Shown here one piece after another: positions 39,200 to 50,177 of a stretch of DNA of 64,000 nt (position 1 is the stretch's first letter; every line of letters begins with the position of its first letter). The notes beneath the pieces are model-generated. The model had not been told where the DNA came from and ran no database searches. It saw only the letters and a list, made by a program, of their open reading frames with translations. Source of the stretch: Gammaproteobacteria bacterium (lineage in GTDB: Bacteria; Pseudomonadota; Gammaproteobacteria; SpSt-1174); the NCBI GenBank assembly GCA_037388465.1, contig JARRKE010000005.1:5010-69009 (forward strand), written 5' to 3'. The position numbers and the translations under genes were made by a program.

Positions 39200-39766
39200 T
39201 CACGTCTTCGGCAAGGTCACGCCCTGTTGCCCCTGGTACTTCCCGCCGCGGTCCTTGTAGGAGGTCTCGCAAACCTCGTCGGATTCCAGGAACAGCATCT
39301 GCGCCACACCCTCGTTGGCGTAGATCTTGGCCGGCAGCGGCGTGGTGTTGGAGAACTCCAGCGTCACGTGCCCTTCCCACTCCGGTTCGAGCGGGGTCAC
39401 GTTCACGATGATGCCGCAACGGGCGTAGGTCGACTTGCCCAGGCAGATGGTCAGCACCTTGCGCGGAATGCGGAAGTACTCGACCGTGCGGGCCAGGGCG
39501 AAGGAATTGGGCGGGATGATGCACACGTCCGACTTCACGTCGACGAAGCTCTTTTCGTCGAAGGCCTTGGGATCGACGATGGCGGTGTTGATGTTGGTGA
39601 AGATCTTGAACTCATCGGCGCAGCGTACGTCGTAGCCGTAGCTGGAGGTACCGTAGGACACGATGCGGTGGTCGCCGTGATGCCGGATCTGACCCGGCTC
39701 GAAGGGCTCGATCATGCCCTCGTTTTCCGCCATGCGTTGAATCCACTTATCGGACTTGATTGACAT
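39200..39766 (-). CDS. dcd: dCTP deaminase
   Basis: [23 protein letters not shown]... with the trimeric dUTPase-like fold signature. Confidence 0.9.
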   Translation of the reverse strand: MSIKSDKWIQRMAENEGMIEPFEPGQIRHHGDHRIVSYGTSSYGYDVRCADEFKIFTNINTAIVDPKAFDEKSFVDVKSDVCIIPPNSFALARTVEYFRIPRKVLTICLGKSTYARCGIIVNVTPLEPEWEGHVTLEFSNTTPLPAKIYANEGVAQMLFLESDEVCETSYKDRGGKYQGQQGVTLPKT

Positions 39767-39816
39767 AAACGCCCCGCGCGCCGACGGGGCGGTCGCCCGC
39801 CCCGGTTTGAATGGGA

Positions 39817-40932
39817 TCAGTTGTTCTGGATGACGATATTCGGGAATTTCGAGCTGTAGTCCTTCGACTGCGCCGCCAGCTTGGCCGCCATGTGGCGCGC
39901 GATCTCGCGGTAAATCTCGGTCACCCGGCTTTCGGGCGCCGCTGCGACCGTCGGTCGGCCGTTGTCCACCTGCTCGCGGATGTTGATGTCCAGCGGCAGT
40001 GCACCGAGGAAATCCACGCCGTAATCCTGGGCCATGCGCTCGCCGCCGCCCGTGCCGAAGATGTGCTCTTCGTGGCCGCACTGGGAGCAGATGTGGATGC
40101 TCATGTTCTCGACGATGCCGAGCACCGGCACCTCGACCTTCTCGAACATCTTCAGCCCCTTGCGCGCGTCCAGCAGGGCGATGTCCTGCGGGGTGGTGAC
40201 GATCACCGCGCCGGAAACGGGGATGCGCTGCGACAGGGTCAGCTGGATGTCGCCGGTGCCGGGCGGCAGATCGATGATCAGGTAATCGAGGTCACCCCAA
40301 CGGGTGTCGTTCAGCAGTTGCTCCAGCGCCTGGGTGACCATCGGCCCGCGCCAGATCATGGGGGTGTCCTCCTCGATCAGGAAACCGATGGACATGGCCT
40401 TCACACCGTAGTTTTCCATCGGTTCCAGCGAGCGACCGTCCTTGGACTCCGGCTTGCCGTGGATACCCAGCATGCGCGGCTGGCTGGGGCCGTAGATGTC
40501 GGCGTCGAGTATGCCCACCTGGGCGCCCTCGGCGGCCAGCGCCAGGGCCAGATTGACCGCGGTGGTGGATTTACCGACCCCGCCCTTGCCGGACGCGACG
40601 GCGATGATGTTCTTGATGCCGGCCTGGGGCTTGAGATTTTTCTGCACGGCATGCGGGGTGATGTTCCAGCCGATCCGGACATCGATATCGTTCGCCCCCT
40701 CGATCCCGGAAAGCGCCTGCCTGACCTCTTCCGTCAGGCGATCGACCAGTCCCTTGGCGGGATAGCCCAAGCCGATCTGCACGACCACCCGGCCGCCCTC
40801 GACGTTGATATCGCGGATCTCGCCGGCCTCGACCAGATTCTTGCCCAGGTACGGGTCCTGGACATTCTTGAGTGCTGTCTCAACCTGCAGGCGTGAAACT
40901 TCGGCCATGGTTTTGCTACCTCGGGTGTTCAC
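39817..40932 (-). CDS. apbC: Fe-S cluster carrier ATPase ApbC/Mrp (alternative start 40908)
   Basis: [13 protein letters not shown] deviant Walker A, and [11 protein letters not shown] (CxxC). Confidence 0.9.
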   Translation of the reverse strand: MNTRGSKTMAEVSRLQVETALKNVQDPYLGKNLVEAGEIRDINVEGGRVVVQIGLGYPAKGLVDRLTEEVRQALSGIEGANDIDVRIGWNITPHAVQKNLKPQAGIKNIIAVASGKGGVGKSTTAVNLALALAAEGAQVGILDADIYGPSQPRMLGIHGKPESKDGRSLEPMENYGVKAMSIGFLIEEDTPMIWRGPMVTQALEQLLNDTRWGDLDYLIIDLPPGTGDIQLTLSQRIPVSGAVIVTTPQDIALLDARKGLKMFEKVEVPVLGIVENMSIHICSQCGHEEHIFGTGGGERMAQDYGVDFLGALPLDINIREQVDNGRPTVAAAPESRVTEIYREIARHMAAKLAAQSKDYSSKFPNIVIQNN

Positions 40933-41118
40933 TTAACTTTCATCAGGGGCGGGCATTCTACACCAACACCCCACCGTTCTTCGAAACCCCGCACCCCCGT
41001 GCGCGGAATACCCGACCGCTCCCGGCGCGCTGGAATAACCCCGCCTTTCGTCTGGCAAGACAAGGCGCATACTGTTAACTTATCCGACTTTTCCCGCACG
41101 CACGATTCGATCCTCGCA

Positions 41119-43155
41119 ATGAGCGACGCCCAACGCAAAATCCTGGTCACCTCCGCCCTGCCCTACGCCAACGGGCCGATTCACCTCGGCCACCTGGTGG
41201 AGTACATCCAGACCGACATCTGGGTGCGCTTTCAGAAGCTGCGCGGACACCAGTGCCTGTATGTCTGCGCCGACGACAGCCACGGCACGCCCATCATGCT
41301 CAAGGCGCGCCAGGAAGGCATCGAACCCGAGGCGCTCATCGAGCGCATCGGCCAGGAGCACCGCGAGGATTTCGCCGACTTCCTGATCCACTTCGACAAC
41401 TTTTACACCACCCACTCCGAAGAGAACCGCGAGTTCGCCACGCTGATCTACCAGCGCCTCAAGGAGAAAGGCCACATCGTCACCCGCACCATCAGCCAGG
41501 CCTATGACCCCGTCGCCGGCATGTTCCTGCCCGACCGGTTCATCAAGGGCGAATGCCCGCGCTGCGGGGCCAAGGACCAGTACGGCGACTCCTGCGAGGT
41601 CTGCGGCGCGACCTATACCCCCGCCGATCTCAAAAACCCGGTCTCCGCCATCTCGGGCGCCACGCCGGAATACCGCGATTCGGAGCATTACTTCTTTCGC
41701 CTCAGCGACTTCGAGGACGGCCTGCACGAGTGGGCCGCCCGCGGCCACGTGCAGCCGGAAATCGCCAACAAGCTCAACGAATGGTTCGAAGCCGGTCTGT
41801 CCGACTGGGACATCTCGCGCGACGCCCCCTACTGGGGCTTCGAGATCCCCGACGCCCCCGGCAAGTACTTCTATGTCTGGCTCGACGCCCCCATCGGCTA
41901 CATGGCCAGCTTCGAGAATCTGTGCCGCCGCGAAGGCCTGGACTTCCACGCCTGGTGGGACAAGGATTCCGACCGCGAGCTATACCACTTCATCGGCAAG
42001 GACATCGCCTACTTCCACACCCTGTTCTGGCCGGCCATGCTGAGCGGGGCCGGCTACCGCCGCCCGACCGCGGTGTGGTGCCACGGCTTCCTCACCGTCG
42101 ACGGCACCAAGATGTCCAAGTCGCGCGGCACCTTCATCAAGGCGCGCACCTACCTGGAACATCTGCATCCGGAATACCTGCGCTATTACTTCGCCGCCAA
42201 GCTGGGCGCGGGGGTGGACGACATCGACCTCAACCTGGAGGACTTCGTCGCCCGCGTGAACAGCGACCTGGTCGGCAAGGTGGTCAACATCGCCTCGCGC
42301 TGCGCGGGTTTCATCAGCAAGCTTTCCGGCGGCCGTCTGGCCGACGAACTGCCGGAGCCCGATCTTTATAAACGCTTCGTCACCGCAGGCGAGGAGATCG
42401 CCGCGCTGTACGAAAAACGCGAATTCGGCCAGGCCATGCGCGAGATCATGGCCCTGGCGGACGTCGCCAACCAGTACATCGACGCCCAGAAGCCCTGGGT
42501 GCTGGCCAAGGAGGACGGCCGCGAGGCCGTGGTGCAGGCCATCTGCACCCAGGGGCTCAATCTCTACCGGGTGCTGATCACCTACCTCAAGCCCGTGCTG
42601 CCGCGCATCGCGCGCGAGTCCGAGGCCTTCCTCGCCGCCGGCGAGCTGACCTGGTCCAGCCCGGCGGAACCCTTGCTCGGCCAGACCATCAATCCCTTCA
42701 AGCCCCTGCTCACGCGGGTGGACCCAAAAGCCATAGACGCCATGACCGAAGACAGCAAAGCCACTCTGGAAGCCACCGATACCGCCAAACCAACCGTCAG
42801 CGGCCCGCTGGCCGACGACCCCATCGCCGCCGAGATCAACTACGACGATTTCGCCAAACTCGACCTGCGTGTGGCGCGCATCGCCAAGGCCCAGCACGTG
42901 GAAGGGGCCGACAAGCTGCTGCAGCTCACCCTCGACCTGGGCGGCGAGACCCGCAATGTGTTCGCCGGCATCAAATCCGCCTACGCCCCGGAAGACCTGG
43001 AGGGCAAACTTACGGTGATGGTCGCCAACCTGGCGCCGCGCAAGATGCGTTTCGGCGTGTCGGAAGGCATGGTGCTGGCCGCCGGGCCGGGCGGCAAGGA
43101 TCTGTTCATCCTCAACCCGGACGAAGGCGCCCAGCCCGGCATGCGGGTGAAATAG
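41119..43155 (+). CDS. metG: Methionyl-tRNA synthetase
   Basis: [11 protein letters not shown] (HIGH), KMSKS, Zn knuckle CPRCG...CEVCG, and a C-terminal tRNA-binding domain. Confidence 0.95.
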   Translation: MSDAQRKILVTSALPYANGPIHLGHLVEYIQTDIWVRFQKLRGHQCLYVCADDSHGTPIMLKARQEGIEPEALIERIGQEHREDFADFLIHFDNFYTTHSEENREFATLIYQRLKEKGHIVTRTISQAYDPVAGMFLPDRFIKGECPRCGAKDQYGDSCEVCGATYTPADLKNPVSAISGATPEYRDSEHYFFRLSDFEDGLHEWAARGHVQPEIANKLNEWFEAGLSDWDISRDAPYWGFEIPDAPGKYFYVWLDAPIGYMASFENLCRREGLDFHAWWDKDSDRELYHFIGKDIAYFHTLFWPAMLSGAGYRRPTAVWCHGFLTVDGTKMSKSRGTFIKARTYLEHLHPEYLRYYFAAKLGAGVDDIDLNLEDFVARVNSDLVGKVVNIASRCAGFISKLSGGRLADELPEPDLYKRFVTAGEEIAALYEKREFGQAMREIMALADVANQYIDAQKPWVLAKEDGREAVVQAICTQGLNLYRVLITYLKPVLPRIARESEAFLAAGELTWSSPAEPLLGQTINPFKPLLTRVDPKAIDAMTEDSKATLEATDTAKPTVSGPLADDPIAAEINYDDFAKLDLRVARIAKAQHVEGADKLLQLTLDLGGETRNVFAGIKSAYAPEDLEGKLTVMVANLAPRKMRFGVSEGMVLAAGPGGKDLFILNPDEGAQPGMRVK

Positions 43156-43412
43156 ACCGGCGCGCCGGCATATCGCGGGGCACGGCACTGCAACCATACC
43201 CCATTCCCGCTGGTCCAAAAGCTGCTAAAGAATTCGGACAGGATGCCGACAAACCCTGCCAGCGGCCACTTGCGTGACAGGAGGCACCTGCCGGTCTGAC
43301 GCATCCGCAAACTGTGACGCATTGCCTTGACTGGTTGTGCCTGATCGGCCAACCTCCCGCCGACACTTGGGACCGATGCGTTTGGCCAGCACCTTATACG
43401 TGACGAAACAAC

Positions 43413-44585
43413 ATGCCTGACACCAGGACCGAGACGGTCAACGCACGCCTGCCGGACGATCTGAACAACCTGGCCGGCAGCGTCGCCCCGCAGGTCACGG
43501 ATGCTTTCAGGCTGCGCGTTCTGCGCCTGCTGCTGGCCATTTCCAGCATTGCGATTGCGACCATCTGGTATCTGGAAACGCAAAGCGGATTGATCGGCGC
43601 GATCGACCGCGTGGCTTACCCCGTCCTGCTGGTGACCGACGGCCTGGGCACCCTGCTGCTCTTTCTGCGCCCGCAGCTGCTGCAACGCATCGTCGCAACG
43701 ATCTTTACCACTTTTATCCTGTATCTGCTGGCCAACTACTATTACCTCTTCATCTACCAGACGGTCACCGGCCACACCTCCAACTATCAACTGGCGACAC
43801 TGGCCCTGTGGCTGCCGCTCGGCTATCTCGCCGCCTTTATCTTCTTTTCCCCACGCACCGCGGGACTGACCTCTCTCGGCATCTTCGCCGCCTTCTGCCT
43901 GCCGCAACTGGCCATCCTGAGCCGTATCGAACCGCTGATTGCCCACGACATGATCATCAACATGCTGCTGTCGCATGTGGTGTACATCACAGCCTTATGG
44001 GGCGTGGCGCAGATCAAGTCCCACGCCGCGGGCGTGCACAATATCGCTCAGACCATGCGTCTGGCGGCAACCCAGGATTCCCTGACCGGCGTTCCCAACC
44101 GGCGCGTCATGCGCCAGGCACTCGAGGCCGTAATCGCCGACCCGCTCAACCATGTTCAGCCCGTTTCCCTCTTGCTGTTCGACGTGGACCGGTTCAAGAA
44201 CATCAACGACACCCATGGTCATGATGTCGGCGACGAGGTCCTGGTCCGCATCGCCCACTTCGTCCAGCGACAATTGCGCACCACGGACCTGCTGGCCCGC
44301 TGGGGCGGCGAGGAGTTCATTATTCTCGTGCCGGGACAGTCGGAGGAGCAGGCCAGGCAGACGGCCGAACGCCTGCGCGCCGGTCTGGCGGACATAGAAC
44401 ACCCTCACGTCGGCACCGTCACCGCCAGCGTCGGCTTCACGCGTTTCGTCCCGGGCGAAAGCGTTTCCGCCTTCGTGAAACGCGCCGACGGCGCCCTGTA
44501 CCAGGCCAAGCGTCTGGGCCGGAACCGTGTCGAAGGGCAGCTGCCCTCGCAGCCGGCGACCGACACCTCCACTTCGGGGAAATAG
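43413..44585 (+). CDS. Membrane-anchored diguanylate cyclase (5-6 TM + GGDEF; motif GGEEF)
   Basis: RWGGEEFIILVPG and DRFKNINDTHGHDVGD. Confidence 0.85.
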   Translation: MPDTRTETVNARLPDDLNNLAGSVAPQVTDAFRLRVLRLLLAISSIAIATIWYLETQSGLIGAIDRVAYPVLLVTDGLGTLLLFLRPQLLQRIVATIFTTFILYLLANYYYLFIYQTVTGHTSNYQLATLALWLPLGYLAAFIFFSPRTAGLTSLGIFAAFCLPQLAILSRIEPLIAHDMIINMLLSHVVYITALWGVAQIKSHAAGVHNIAQTMRLAATQDSLTGVPNRRVMRQALEAVIADPLNHVQPVSLLLFDVDRFKNINDTHGHDVGDEVLVRIAHFVQRQLRTTDLLARWGGEEFIILVPGQSEEQARQTAERLRAGLADIEHPHVGTVTASVGFTRFVPGESVSAFVKRADGALYQAKRLGRNRVEGQLPSQPATDTSTSGK

Positions 44586-44932
44586 CCGGACGGATTCCGA
44601 TAGCGCCGGCTGCACTGCATTGGGTGCGGGACGGCAAGTCACGCACCGCTTTCGGGCATTGCTGCCGCCCCGCCGCCCCCCGAAGCCGCCACGGCCGAGC
44701 CCGCCATCCGCCGCCCGGCGTAACTGGCGCATTCATTGCTTCATATGCGCGGGGTATTTCCAATCCCCTGTTTGTGGGTTACAACTTCACACGTTGCAGC
44801 CTGCTATAACAAACTGCGGACTTCTGAAAACATCAGCCCGCCGCAGATAATGGGGGACGTTGAGGCATGACATCAGGACGATGGTCTGAAGACCGCCCAT
44901 GTGATGAAGCCATACCAACGAGGAGAGCAATC

Positions 44933-46036
44933 ATGATCCGCAAGTCACTGACAACCATCGCCCTCGCGGCCGTGACCGCGTTCGGGGCGAGCTTGCCGGC
45001 TCAGGCCGAAAAACCAACGCTCAGGGTATACAACTGGTCCGACTACATTGCCGAAGATACCGTGCCGAACTTCACCAAGCAGACCGGTGTCCCCGTCACC
45101 TACGACGTGTTCGACAGCAACGAGGTGCTGGAAGGCAAGCTGCTCGCAGGCCATACCGGATATGACGTCGTCGTGCCTTCGGCCTACTTCCTGGAGCGCC
45201 AGATCAAGGCCGGCGTGTTCCAGAAGCTCGACAAGGCCATGATCCCGAATTTCAAGGGCCTGGATCCCAAGCTGATGAAACAGCTCGCCAAGGTGGATCC
45301 CGGCAATCAGTACGGCGTGCCCTATATGTGGGGCACCACCGGCATCGGCTACAACGTGAAGGAGGTCGAGAAGCGCTTGGGCAAGAACGCGCCGACCGAC
45401 AGCTGGAAACTGATCTTCGATCCCAAGTACGTCTCCAAACTCAAGGACTGCGGCGTCAGCATGCTGGACGCCCCGACCGACGTCGTCCCGGCCGCGCTGC
45501 ACTACCTGGGCCTGGACCCCAACAGCACGAATCCGGCGGACTACGAGAAGGCCTTCGCCCTGCTGGAAAAGGTGCGCCCCTACATCCGTTACTTCCATTC
45601 CTCGCAGTACATCAACGACCTGGCCAACGGCAACATCTGCGTGGCCATCGGCTGGTCGGGTGACGTCTTCCAGGCGCGCGACCGCGCCGACGAGGCCAAG
45701 CACGGCGTGGAGATCGCCTACGTGATCCCGAAGGAAGGCGCGCAGGTGTGGTTCGACATGCTCGCGGTGCCGGCCGACGCGCCGCACCCCAAGGAGGCGT
45801 TCCAGTTCATCAACTACCTGCTCTCCCCCAAGGTGGAGGCGGCCAACACCAACTACATCAGCTACGCCAACCCGGTGCCGGGTTCGCTGAAGTATGTTGA
45901 AAAAGACATCAAGGACGATCCGGCCATTTATCCGCCGCCGGCCGTCATGGACAAGCTGTACACCTACCTGACGCCGCAGCCCAAGATCAACCGCATCATG
46001 ACGCGGCTCTGGACCAAGCTCAAAACAGGAACCTGA
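44933..46036 (+). CDS. potF: Putrescine/spermidine periplasmic binding protein
   Basis: Signal peptide MIRKSLTTIALAAVTAFGASLPAQA, PotD/F fold, AGGAGAG Shine-Dalgarno sequence. Confidence 0.85.
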   Translation: MIRKSLTTIALAAVTAFGASLPAQAEKPTLRVYNWSDYIAEDTVPNFTKQTGVPVTYDVFDSNEVLEGKLLAGHTGYDVVVPSAYFLERQIKAGVFQKLDKAMIPNFKGLDPKLMKQLAKVDPGNQYGVPYMWGTTGIGYNVKEVEKRLGKNAPTDSWKLIFDPKYVSKLKDCGVSMLDAPTDVVPAALHYLGLDPNSTNPADYEKAFALLEKVRPYIRYFHSSQYINDLANGNICVAIGWSGDVFQARDRADEAKHGVEIAYVIPKEGAQVWFDMLAVPADAPHPKEAFQFINYLLSPKVEAANTNYISYANPVPGSLKYVEKDIKDDPAIYPPPAVMDKLYTYLTPQPKINRIMTRLWTKLKTGT

Positions 46037-46098
46037 TCCTGCAATCAAACGCCCCATCCGGCAGCGGATGGGGCGTTTTCATCTGCGTGCCCTGAACC

Positions 46099-47232
46099 AT
46101 GCCACAGCAATCAGCAAGTAACACCGTCCCCGCAATGGATGCGGACGCCGCCTACATCCGCCTGCAGGGACTGCGCAAGGAATTCGACGGCACCGTCGCC
46201 GTCCACGACACCGACCTCGACATCCGCAAGGGCGAGATCTTCGCGCTGCTCGGCAGTACGGGCTGCGGCAAGACCACCCTGCTGCGCATGCTGTCGGGTT
46301 TCGAAATACCCACCAGCGGGCAGATCCTGATCGACGGCGAGGACATGACCAACGTCGCGCCGTATCACCGCCCGACCAACATGATGTTCCAGTCCTACGC
46401 CATCTTCCCGCACATGACCGTGGAGCAGAACATCGCCTTCGGCCTGAAGCAGGAAGGACAGCCCAAGGACAAGATCAAGAAAACGATCAAGGAAATGCTG
46501 GAACTGGTGCGCATGACGCCGTACGCCAAGCGTAAACCGCACCAGCTTTCCGGCGGCCAGCGCCAGCGCGTCGCGCTCGCCCGCAGCCTGGCCAAACGCC
46601 CCAAGCTGCTGCTGCTCGACGAACCCATGAGCGCGCTGGACAAGAAACTGCGCAACCAGGTGCAGTTCGAGATCGTCAACATCCTGGAGCAGCTGGGCAT
46701 GACCTGCGTCATCGTCACCCATGACCAGGAAGAGGCCATGACCATGGCGCACCGCATGGCCGTCATGGACCAGGGAGAGATCCTGCAAGTCGGCACGCCC
46801 AGCGAAATCTACGAACATCCGAACTGCCGCTTCACCGCGGAGTTCATCGGCAGCGTCAACCTGTTCGAAGGCAGGCTCGTCGAGGACGAACCGGATCACG
46901 TGGTCATCGATTCGTCGGAGGCCTGCTGCCCGATCCGCGTCGGCCACGGCATCAGCGGCACGCTGGACATGCAGGTGTGGGCCGCCATCCGCCCCGAGAA
47001 GATCACCATCCAGCGCGAAAAAAGTCCGCTCGACCATAACTGCGCGCAGGGCACGGTGGTCGAGATCGGTTACCAGGGCAGCCACTCCATCTATCACGTG
47101 CGTCTGGACAGCGGAAAACGCGTGGTGGTGACCCAGCCCAACCAGAGCCGCAACATCGACCTGCGCCCCACCTGGGACGACCGCGTCTATCTGAGCTGGG
47201 ACGAAGAGGCCCCGGTGGTGCTGACCCGATGA
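46099..47232 (+). CDS. potG: Polyamine ABC transporter ATPase
   Basis: GSTGCGKTT Walker A, LSGGQRQRVALAR, and a TOBE-like C-domain. Confidence 0.9.
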   Translation: MPQQSASNTVPAMDADAAYIRLQGLRKEFDGTVAVHDTDLDIRKGEIFALLGSTGCGKTTLLRMLSGFEIPTSGQILIDGEDMTNVAPYHRPTNMMFQSYAIFPHMTVEQNIAFGLKQEGQPKDKIKKTIKEMLELVRMTPYAKRKPHQLSGGQRQRVALARSLAKRPKLLLLDEPMSALDKKLRNQVQFEIVNILEQLGMTCVIVTHDQEEAMTMAHRMAVMDQGEILQVGTPSEIYEHPNCRFTAEFIGSVNLFEGRLVEDEPDHVVIDSSEACCPIRVGHGISGTLDMQVWAAIRPEKITIQREKSPLDHNCAQGTVVEIGYQGSHSIYHVRLDSGKRVVVTQPNQSRNIDLRPTWDDRVYLSWDEEAPVVLTR

Positions 47233-48134
47233 AACTCCGACGCTTCAAACCGCTGTTCCCGCGCGGGCGCGGCCTGATCATCGGGGTCCCCTATCTCTGG
47301 CTGCTGCTGTTCTTCCTGATCCCGTTCATCATCGTTCTCAAGATCAGCTTCGCCGTCTCGGTCATCGACGTCCCGCCCTATACCGCGCTGCTCCAGTTCA
47401 AGGACGACGCGCTGCGCATCACGCTGGACCTGGGCAACTACCTGTTCCTGCTCAGCGACGATCTGTACGCCCTCGCCTACCTGAGCTCGATTCAGATCGC
47501 CGCCCTTTCCACGCTGCTGTGCCTGCTGATCGGCTACCCAATGGCGTACGCGATCTCGCGCGCCACGCCGACGCTGCGCAGCATCTTTCTGATGCTCATC
47601 ATCATCCCGTACTGGACCTCGTTCCTGATCCGGGTCTACGCCTGGATGGGCATTCTCAGCACCAACGGCCTGCTCAACGACTTCCTGATCCACCTGGGAA
47701 TCGTCAGCCAGCCGCTGCACATCATGTACACCAACTTCGCCGTCTATCTCGGCATGGTCTACGCCTATCTGCCGTTCATGGTGCTGCCCTTGTACGCCAA
47801 CCTGGTGCGCCACGATCCCAGCCTGCTGGAAGCGGCACACGACCTCGGCGCCAAACCCTGGAAGGCGTTCTTCACCATCACGGTGCCGCTTTCCAAGGGC
47901 GGCATCATCGCCGGCTCGCTGCTGGTGTTCATCCCCGCAGTGGGAGAGTTCGTCATCCCCGAGCTGCTGGGCGGACCCAACACCCTGATGATCGGGCGCG
48001 TGGTGTGGAACGAATTCTTCGCCAATCACGACTGGCCCACGGCCGCCGCGGTGGCCATCGTCATGCTGCTCATCCTGCTGGTGCCGATCATCCTGTTCCA
48101 CCGCTATCAGGCGCGTGAGCTGGAGAGATTCTGA
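47229..48134 (+). CDS. potH: Polyamine ABC permease
   Basis: 6 TM helices and the EAA loop. Confidence 0.85.
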   Translation: MKLRRFKPLFPRGRGLIIGVPYLWLLLFFLIPFIIVLKISFAVSVIDVPPYTALLQFKDDALRITLDLGNYLFLLSDDLYALAYLSSIQIAALSTLLCLLIGYPMAYAISRATPTLRSIFLMLIIIPYWTSFLIRVYAWMGILSTNGLLNDFLIHLGIVSQPLHIMYTNFAVYLGMVYAYLPFMVLPLYANLVRHDPSLLEAAHDLGAKPWKAFFTITVPLSKGGIIAGSLLVFIPAVGEFVIPELLGGPNTLMIGRVVWNEFFANHDWPTAAAVAIVMLLILLVPIILFHRYQARELERF

Positions 48135-49039
48135 TGCAGCTGCGCATGCCGAAACCGACCTCGTTCATGCTCGGCCTCGGGATCGTCTTCCTGTACATCC
48201 CGATCGTCAGCCTGATCATCTATTCCTTCAACGCCTCGCGGCTGGTCACCGTCTGGGCCGGCTTCTCGCCCAAGTGGTACGCCGCGCTGTTGCATGACCA
48301 GCAGATCCTCGATGCCGCCTGGATGAGTCTGCGCATCGCCTTCTCCAGCGCCAGCACCGCGGTCGTGCTCGGCACCCTCGCAGCCCTGTCCATGGTTCGC
48401 TACGGACGCTTCCGCGGCCACACCCTGTTCGCCGGCATGATCACCGCGCCGCTGGTCATGCCCGACGTCATCCTCGGTCTGTCGCTGCTGCTGTTGTTCG
48501 TGGCCATGCAGACCGGCCTGGGCTGGCCGGAGAACCGCGGCATGCTCACCATCTGGATCGCGCACGCCACCTTCTGCACCGCCTACGTCACGGTGGTGAT
48601 CGCATCCAGGCTGCGCGACCTGGACCGCTCGCTCGAAGAGGCCGCCCTGGACCTGGGCGCCGCGCCGTGGAAGGTGTTCTTCGTCATCATGCTGCCCGGC
48701 ATTGCCCCCTCGCTGGTCGCCGGCTGGCTGCTGTCCTTCACCCTGTCGCTGGACGACCTGGTGGTCGCGAGCTTCGTCGCCGGCCCCGGCTCCACCACCC
48801 TGCCCATGGTGATCTTCTCGCGCGTGCGACTCGGCGTCAGCCCGACCATCAACGCGCTGGCCACCCTGCTGGTGCTGGCCGTCACCGTCAGCGTGCTGCT
48901 CGCCGCCTGGGCCACCTCGCGCATGGAGCGCAAACGCCGCATCGAGGCCCAGATGGCGTTGACGACCACCGTCGACGAGGACATGGAACAGCAGGAAGAA
49001 GGAGAACCGGAATACGCGCCGCACGGCGTCCGGGAGTGA
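48134..49039 (+). CDS. potI: Polyamine ABC permease
   Basis: 6 TM helices. 1-nt overlap (TGATG) with potH. Confidence 0.85.
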   Translation: MQLRMPKPTSFMLGLGIVFLYIPIVSLIIYSFNASRLVTVWAGFSPKWYAALLHDQQILDAAWMSLRIAFSSASTAVVLGTLAALSMVRYGRFRGHTLFAGMITAPLVMPDVILGLSLLLLFVAMQTGLGWPENRGMLTIWIAHATFCTAYVTVVIASRLRDLDRSLEEAALDLGAAPWKVFFVIMLPGIAPSLVAGWLLSFTLSLDDLVVASFVAGPGSTTLPMVIFSRVRLGVSPTINALATLLVLAVTVSVLLAAWATSRMERKRRIEAQMALTTTVDEDMEQQEEGEPEYAPHGVRE

Positions 49040-49055
49040 TGTATCGCAGTGACCG

Positions 49056-50177
49056 TTACGGCCGCTGCGCGTAACCCGTCATTTCCAGATAGCCCTGCCC
49101 CGTCACGGCCCTGCCCGCATGACGTCCGGTCGCATCGACGGCCCCTTCCCAGTACTTCACCGTCAGATCGAGCTCCTGGTTCGGAACCATCGCCCGCACC
49201 TCGAGCCGCAGATGCTGCGTCGGAATACGGATTTCCCAGGCGACGGGATACGCGGCCCCGTCCGGGCTTTTCCATACATGCTGTGGCTTGAGCGAGAAGT
49301 CCGCGGCTTTCAGATGTACCGTCTCGCCATTCCTGGTGATGAGCGTGCCCTGACTGTAGGGGTCGGGGGCACCGTCCTTTTGCCGCAGCTGGTACAGCAT
49401 CAGGTCGCTGCCGTCGGAAAGGTGCAGCCCGAACCAGTCCCAACCCACCTGATCGGGCGACAAGGCGCTGGTGGACCACTCCCGGTCCAGCCACACCAGT
49501 CCGGTTACCGGGTACGAAGTACCGCCGACCTCGATACGGCCCTGCGCAGCCAGGCGCGGCATGCTGTAGTAGTACGACGCCTGCGCGGGCCCCTTGCGGC
49601 TCAGGCCGCGATCCCCTTCCAGAACGGGCGGCTTGTCGGGCGTGAGGTCCAAGCGCACGGCTGTGTCTCCATCTTTGGCGTCGAGTCGCCAGGGAAACTC
49701 AGGATTCCCGCTGACCTGCCAGTCGCCCAGCCACACCCGGAACGGTTTCGCCCGCGCGCCGGCAAGTCCCTGTGCGCCCCGTGCGAAACGCTGCCAGGCA
49801 TGAAAGCGGCCCGTCTTTACGTCCGTCACGGCGAAGTGCGCCATGTAAATCTGGTTGGTCAGCCAGCGGTCGTTGCCGACGGGTGCCCGGGGCGTCAGCG
49901 CGATACGGAAAAACGTAAGCTCGAAACCGAAGCGCCGGCCCGCCTCGGTATGCAGCACCCCGGTGTAGTACCACCATTCGTTGCGAAACCCGGGATGAGG
50001 ACCGTGGTCGGCCGGAAAATGAAACGCCCGCGGCGTCCCGATCTGCGCGAAGCCCGTGGTGGGCTCGCCACCCAACGCCTTGCCCAGACTCACGCCTTCG
50101 TCCCGGCCGCTGGCCGGCTGCTGATGACAGCCTGCCAACGACAGTCCCAGCAACAGCAGTGCAACAACCCGCATCAT
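49056..50177 (-). CDS. AttH/CrtC-like (hydroxyneurosporene-synthase fold + lipocalin-like) lipoprotein
   Basis: Start [17 protein letters not shown] (lipobox). Contains GFELTFFR and YWEGAVDATG motifs. The start overlaps the ybbP stop (ATGA). Confidence 0.7.
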   Translation of the reverse strand: MMRVVALLLLGLSLAGCHQQPASGRDEGVSLGKALGGEPTTGFAQIGTPRAFHFPADHGPHPGFRNEWWYYTGVLHTEAGRRFGFELTFFRIALTPRAPVGNDRWLTNQIYMAHFAVTDVKTGRFHAWQRFARGAQGLAGARAKPFRVWLGDWQVSGNPEFPWRLDAKDGDTAVRLDLTPDKPPVLEGDRGLSRKGPAQASYYYSMPRLAAQGRIEVGGTSYPVTGLVWLDREWSTSALSPDQVGWDWFGLHLSDGSDLMLYQLRQKDGAPDPYSQGTLITRNGETVHLKAADFSLKPQHVWKSPDGAAYPVAWEIRIPTQHLRLEVRAMVPNQELDLTVKYWEGAVDATGRHAGRAVTGQGYLEMTGYAQRP

